A DNA stretch of 54,787 nucleotides from Paraspadella gotoi. Its lineage: Eukaryota; Animalia; Chaetognatha. The notes beneath the pieces are model-generated. The model worked only from the letters and a program-made list of their open reading frames with translations. It searched no databases and was not told the DNA's origin. Positions 51,305 through 54,787 of the stretch are shown here, piece after piece (within the stretch, counting starts at the first letter, position 1; every line of letters begins with the position of its first letter). The position numbers and the translations under genes are program-made. Location of the stretch: NCBI GenBank assembly GCA_051294375.1, contig JBJCIZ010000398.1:1-54787 (forward strand), read 5' to 3'.

Positions 51305-53665
51305 AAACTTATTATTTAATCTCATTCTAAGACATAACAAGTTTAAAAATATTTTTTTGGAAATATCCTTTTATAGTATAATAATGCTTCAGTGCAAGGT
51401 GTACATTGTATTTTGGTTTCAAATATTTGAAGTAAGCAGGTAAAGTTCGGGTAAGTTACTTTTTGGTTTCATTTTTACTAAACTTACTTTTATATCAAAA
51501 AAATTATTAATGATGTTAACAGATAATTAAGTTAATCATGTAAGATTCTGAATGCATAATAAAAGGGTCAAAATGGTAAGAAATACACAAAAGTATTTGA
51601 CGATTAAGGCCTATTGTTAAAATATTCTTAAAATTTTGTCTAACTTACTTGAAAAAAATTAAATAGGTTTAAAATTTGGATAGGGATGAAAAGTTTAAAA
51701 ATCAGGTCAATTGAGGATAAGACATAACACTGTCATGTTCAGAAATGACCACTGAAAAAATTAACAAGTATGGCTTTTATACTATGCAAATCAAGGTGCG
51801 CGTATAAAAATTACTAAGTGATTTGAAATGCCCTGTAGTTGTTTAAAAATTTGTTAGTAGTTTTATTGTATATGAAAGTAAAAGGACAGAAAAATCTTTT
51901 GGCACCTATTTTATTATTTGTATTCTCAAATCGTTCAGACAGGGCAGGACGTTAAATTTTGTCTCGATATATGGTCCCACCCCTGTAGTTAATATTGAAT
52001 AACCCTTCAATATACAGGGTGGTATGGTGGACTAAAATCCACCAACCGTTCATCAGCGGCCATTGGTGCAGGAGGCAAGTCATTAACCTGCCAACCCAAA
52101 AGGGTCCAGGGTTTAGCCCGGTGGTCGCCGAGCAGTTAAGAGGGACAGGGCGCTTAACGGTGTTAGAGCTTGTCCGAAGCTCAGGGACCTTGCTTTCCTG
52201 CACCAATGGCCGCTGATTAATGGTTGGTGGATTTTAAACCATATTTTAGACCATGTATTGAGACAAAATTTAAAAATTCATTTACTTTAATTATGAAGCA
52301 AAGGCAACTCCTCGGTTTTCTCTGCGCGGTTTGAAAAAAAAATGTGAAATTATTGTTTAATCTCATTCTAAAACATAGCAGGTTTACATTGCATATTGGT
52401 TTAAAAAATTTTGAAGTAAGCAGGTAAGGTTCGGGTTTAATTTTTATTAAAACTTACTTTCATAAAAAATTTATTAATAATATTGTTAGATAATTAAGTT
52501 AATTGTTTAAAATTTCTGAATGCATAATAAAAGGTCAAAACGGTAAAGAAATACAAAGTATTTGATGATTTAAGCAATATTTATAACCAAACAATATAAA
52601 CGCTCCTGAAAAAAAATTCCGGTAAAAAAATCCATGTAAAAACACTTGATTCCGATCCTGTTACATACTGAAGGGCTCGCATTTTTTTCTCTTGTCAAAT
52701 CATCAACATCTTGATAATCAAACAAGCCAGAACAAATACTGCTTCTATATGGAAAAATTTTCCATCTTTGATTTTATATAGAAATGTAAGGGATTTTTTC
52801 CCTTCAAGACAATATAAACGTATTTGAGATATGTTCCGGTTTCAAATGACGTCAAATTCAGGAAAATCCTCTGGCAAAGTGTCTGAAGGGATCTCAAAAT
52901 TTTTCTTTACATTTTATTTAGTTATTTTAGTATGATACGATCATGGTAAAGTAAATTAGTTGATTTTGGTGAAAATTTTATTTAAACTAAAAGTAAAAGA
53001 GGAGCTAACAATCGGAAATTCTAATAGTGGAGTCAGATTCGGGAAAAATCTTCTATGGGAAAATCTTCCAAAAAAGGGGTGGATTTTTCGAAGATTTTGG
53101 TTAATATTTTCTATATTTATGGTCGTATTTTTTTGAAACTTAACAATAGCAATATTGTCATCATTCTACATTGGCCGGGTATAAGAATATATTAAAAAAA
53201 GTCCTCAGTTTCGGAACTGAATTGATCGTCGACGTCTTTCGCAGCAGAATCTCCGGTAAATTGCTGCAAAAGTGACCGACAGACCGACCTCGGCCGACGA
53301 CGCTTAAGGGACGTTCCGAGACCGAGTTCACTAAGTTTCGGTTATAATCCTCGTCGATCCAGCCAATCTAGTCGGGCTAGACAGTGACAGTGAGTCGACT
53401 TACCAACACGGCCTCTCGCCCCAATCATGGTCAAATCCTGCTTTACAATGAAATCCACCCTTCTCGAGGCTTTGTCATTATTTTATGTTCGTCGTTTTAA
53501 AAAATATAAAAATCTAAAATGTTTCTGAGTATTCTACCATGTTCAAATTAAGAATTTCCTTTATCGTTTCGTATGATTTTTATTAATAAACTTTAACAAG
53601 TAATTTATATTTCAATAATCTCAAAATGATACACAACTTAATCATTGTTCTTGATTTTTGTTGAG

Positions 53666-53952
53666 TTACATGAGTCCAGCCTGATCTTTTCCTCCGGATT
53701 TTGTCTGGTCGTCCGTGTTTGCTGCCTGGGCCCAGTCAATTAAAAATCGCGCCTTTTGACTTTGCGTCCTCCTTTATTTTCTTTAAGCGCACAACTTTCT
53801 CCACTAAAAAAAAACAAATCAAAATTGAATACAAAAAAATATCGACAAAATCCACAAACACAAAGCGTCGGCGACTTACTTTGATCGTCTTCGACGCTCG
53901 CTTGGAACAGAAGGGGAAAGATGAGCCAATGAAATAAATTTTTTGCTTGCAT
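53666..53952 (-). CDS. Redundant copy of the inverted peptide gene
   Basis: Aligns to 17753-18039. Confidence 0.6.
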
Positions 53953-54787
53953 CGTTAAACAATTTTTTTTTCTTTGTTTTCTTCAGAAAATTGTAAAATG
54001 AAAAAAATTCGGAAAAAAAATTATTACTATTTTCGTCTTCTACAGTTTTTTAAAAAATGTGGTGGTGTAAAGATTGATTCTTTTGAACGTTTGATTTTGT
54101 GTTTTGTTACTGTTTATTTACCATTGCTAGGGAAATCTTAGCGCGTGAGTGTCGCTTGAGCATAACGACAACGAGCATGGCTCTAATTTAAATGTACAGT
54201 AATCGAAATAATTACAAAGTTAATTTTTTTTGTCATTTTAACTCTGAACTATTAAGACAAAATTTTAAGAATATTTTAAGATTTATGATTTTTAAGATAA
54301 CCAAATGATTGATGCGATGATAGTCATTCACTGATGCGATGATAGTCATTCATTGACGCGATGAGTCATTCATCGTAAATAAAACAAACGTGTTTATGAG
54401 TGAGAGAGAGTGAGAAAGAGAGAGAGAGTGTACGAACTTTGTTTCTAAACATAGAATATATTCTGACTAAATCTCAGAACCGTAAAATAAATCCACAAAA
54501 AACTAGGATGTAAATTTGGGATTTTGTATTGAGAAAAAAGCGTGGAATAAATGGCGATAATAAAAGTTTTTAGAAGGAGAAAAATAATCAGAATTTTTTG
54601 AAAAACGCACGATCACGCAAGAGATCGTACAGAGAGAGACTGAGAGAGAGACAGAGAGAGACAGAGAGAGAGACAGAGAAAGAGACACAGAGAGAGAGAC
54701 AGAGAGAGAGACACAGAGAGAAAGAAAGCTGGACAGCAGCTGGACAGCTGCTTCAGAGCTGAACTCGTTTTTAGACGAATCTGAATA

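Larger units (their letters stand above)
36182..54787 (+). repeat. Second copy of 324-~18892, without the N gap
   Basis: Identical to ~49592, then collinear with indel differences. Confidence 0.95.

Overview
AT-rich eukaryotic (probably animal) genomic DNA from an error-prone long-read, gap-filled scaffold. Three gaps of exactly 25 N separate four redundant pieces, so about 15 kb of credible unique sequence (~10.8-25.9 kb) is shown two to three times. Positions 324-10800 (identical at 36182-46658) look like low-quality read noise, and the 662-aa ORF there is probably spurious. The credible part contains: (1) a family of small two-exon genes for a putative secreted cationic peptide (MQAKKFISLVIIFALLFQASV...), present as two tandem chimeric copies facing an inverted parent copy; (2) a ~320-nt Y-shaped fold-back between them whose loop carries a protein-level homolog of part of a neighbouring frameshifted gene; (3) a 1.44-kb non-autonomous CsRn1-like Gypsy LTR element (tRNA-Trp PBS, 4-bp TSD) with an AT-hook mini-ORF; (4) a DINE-1/HINE-like element with a structured insert; (5) several broken or degenerate minus-strand genes. 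All calls come from manual reading; no searches or folding were run.
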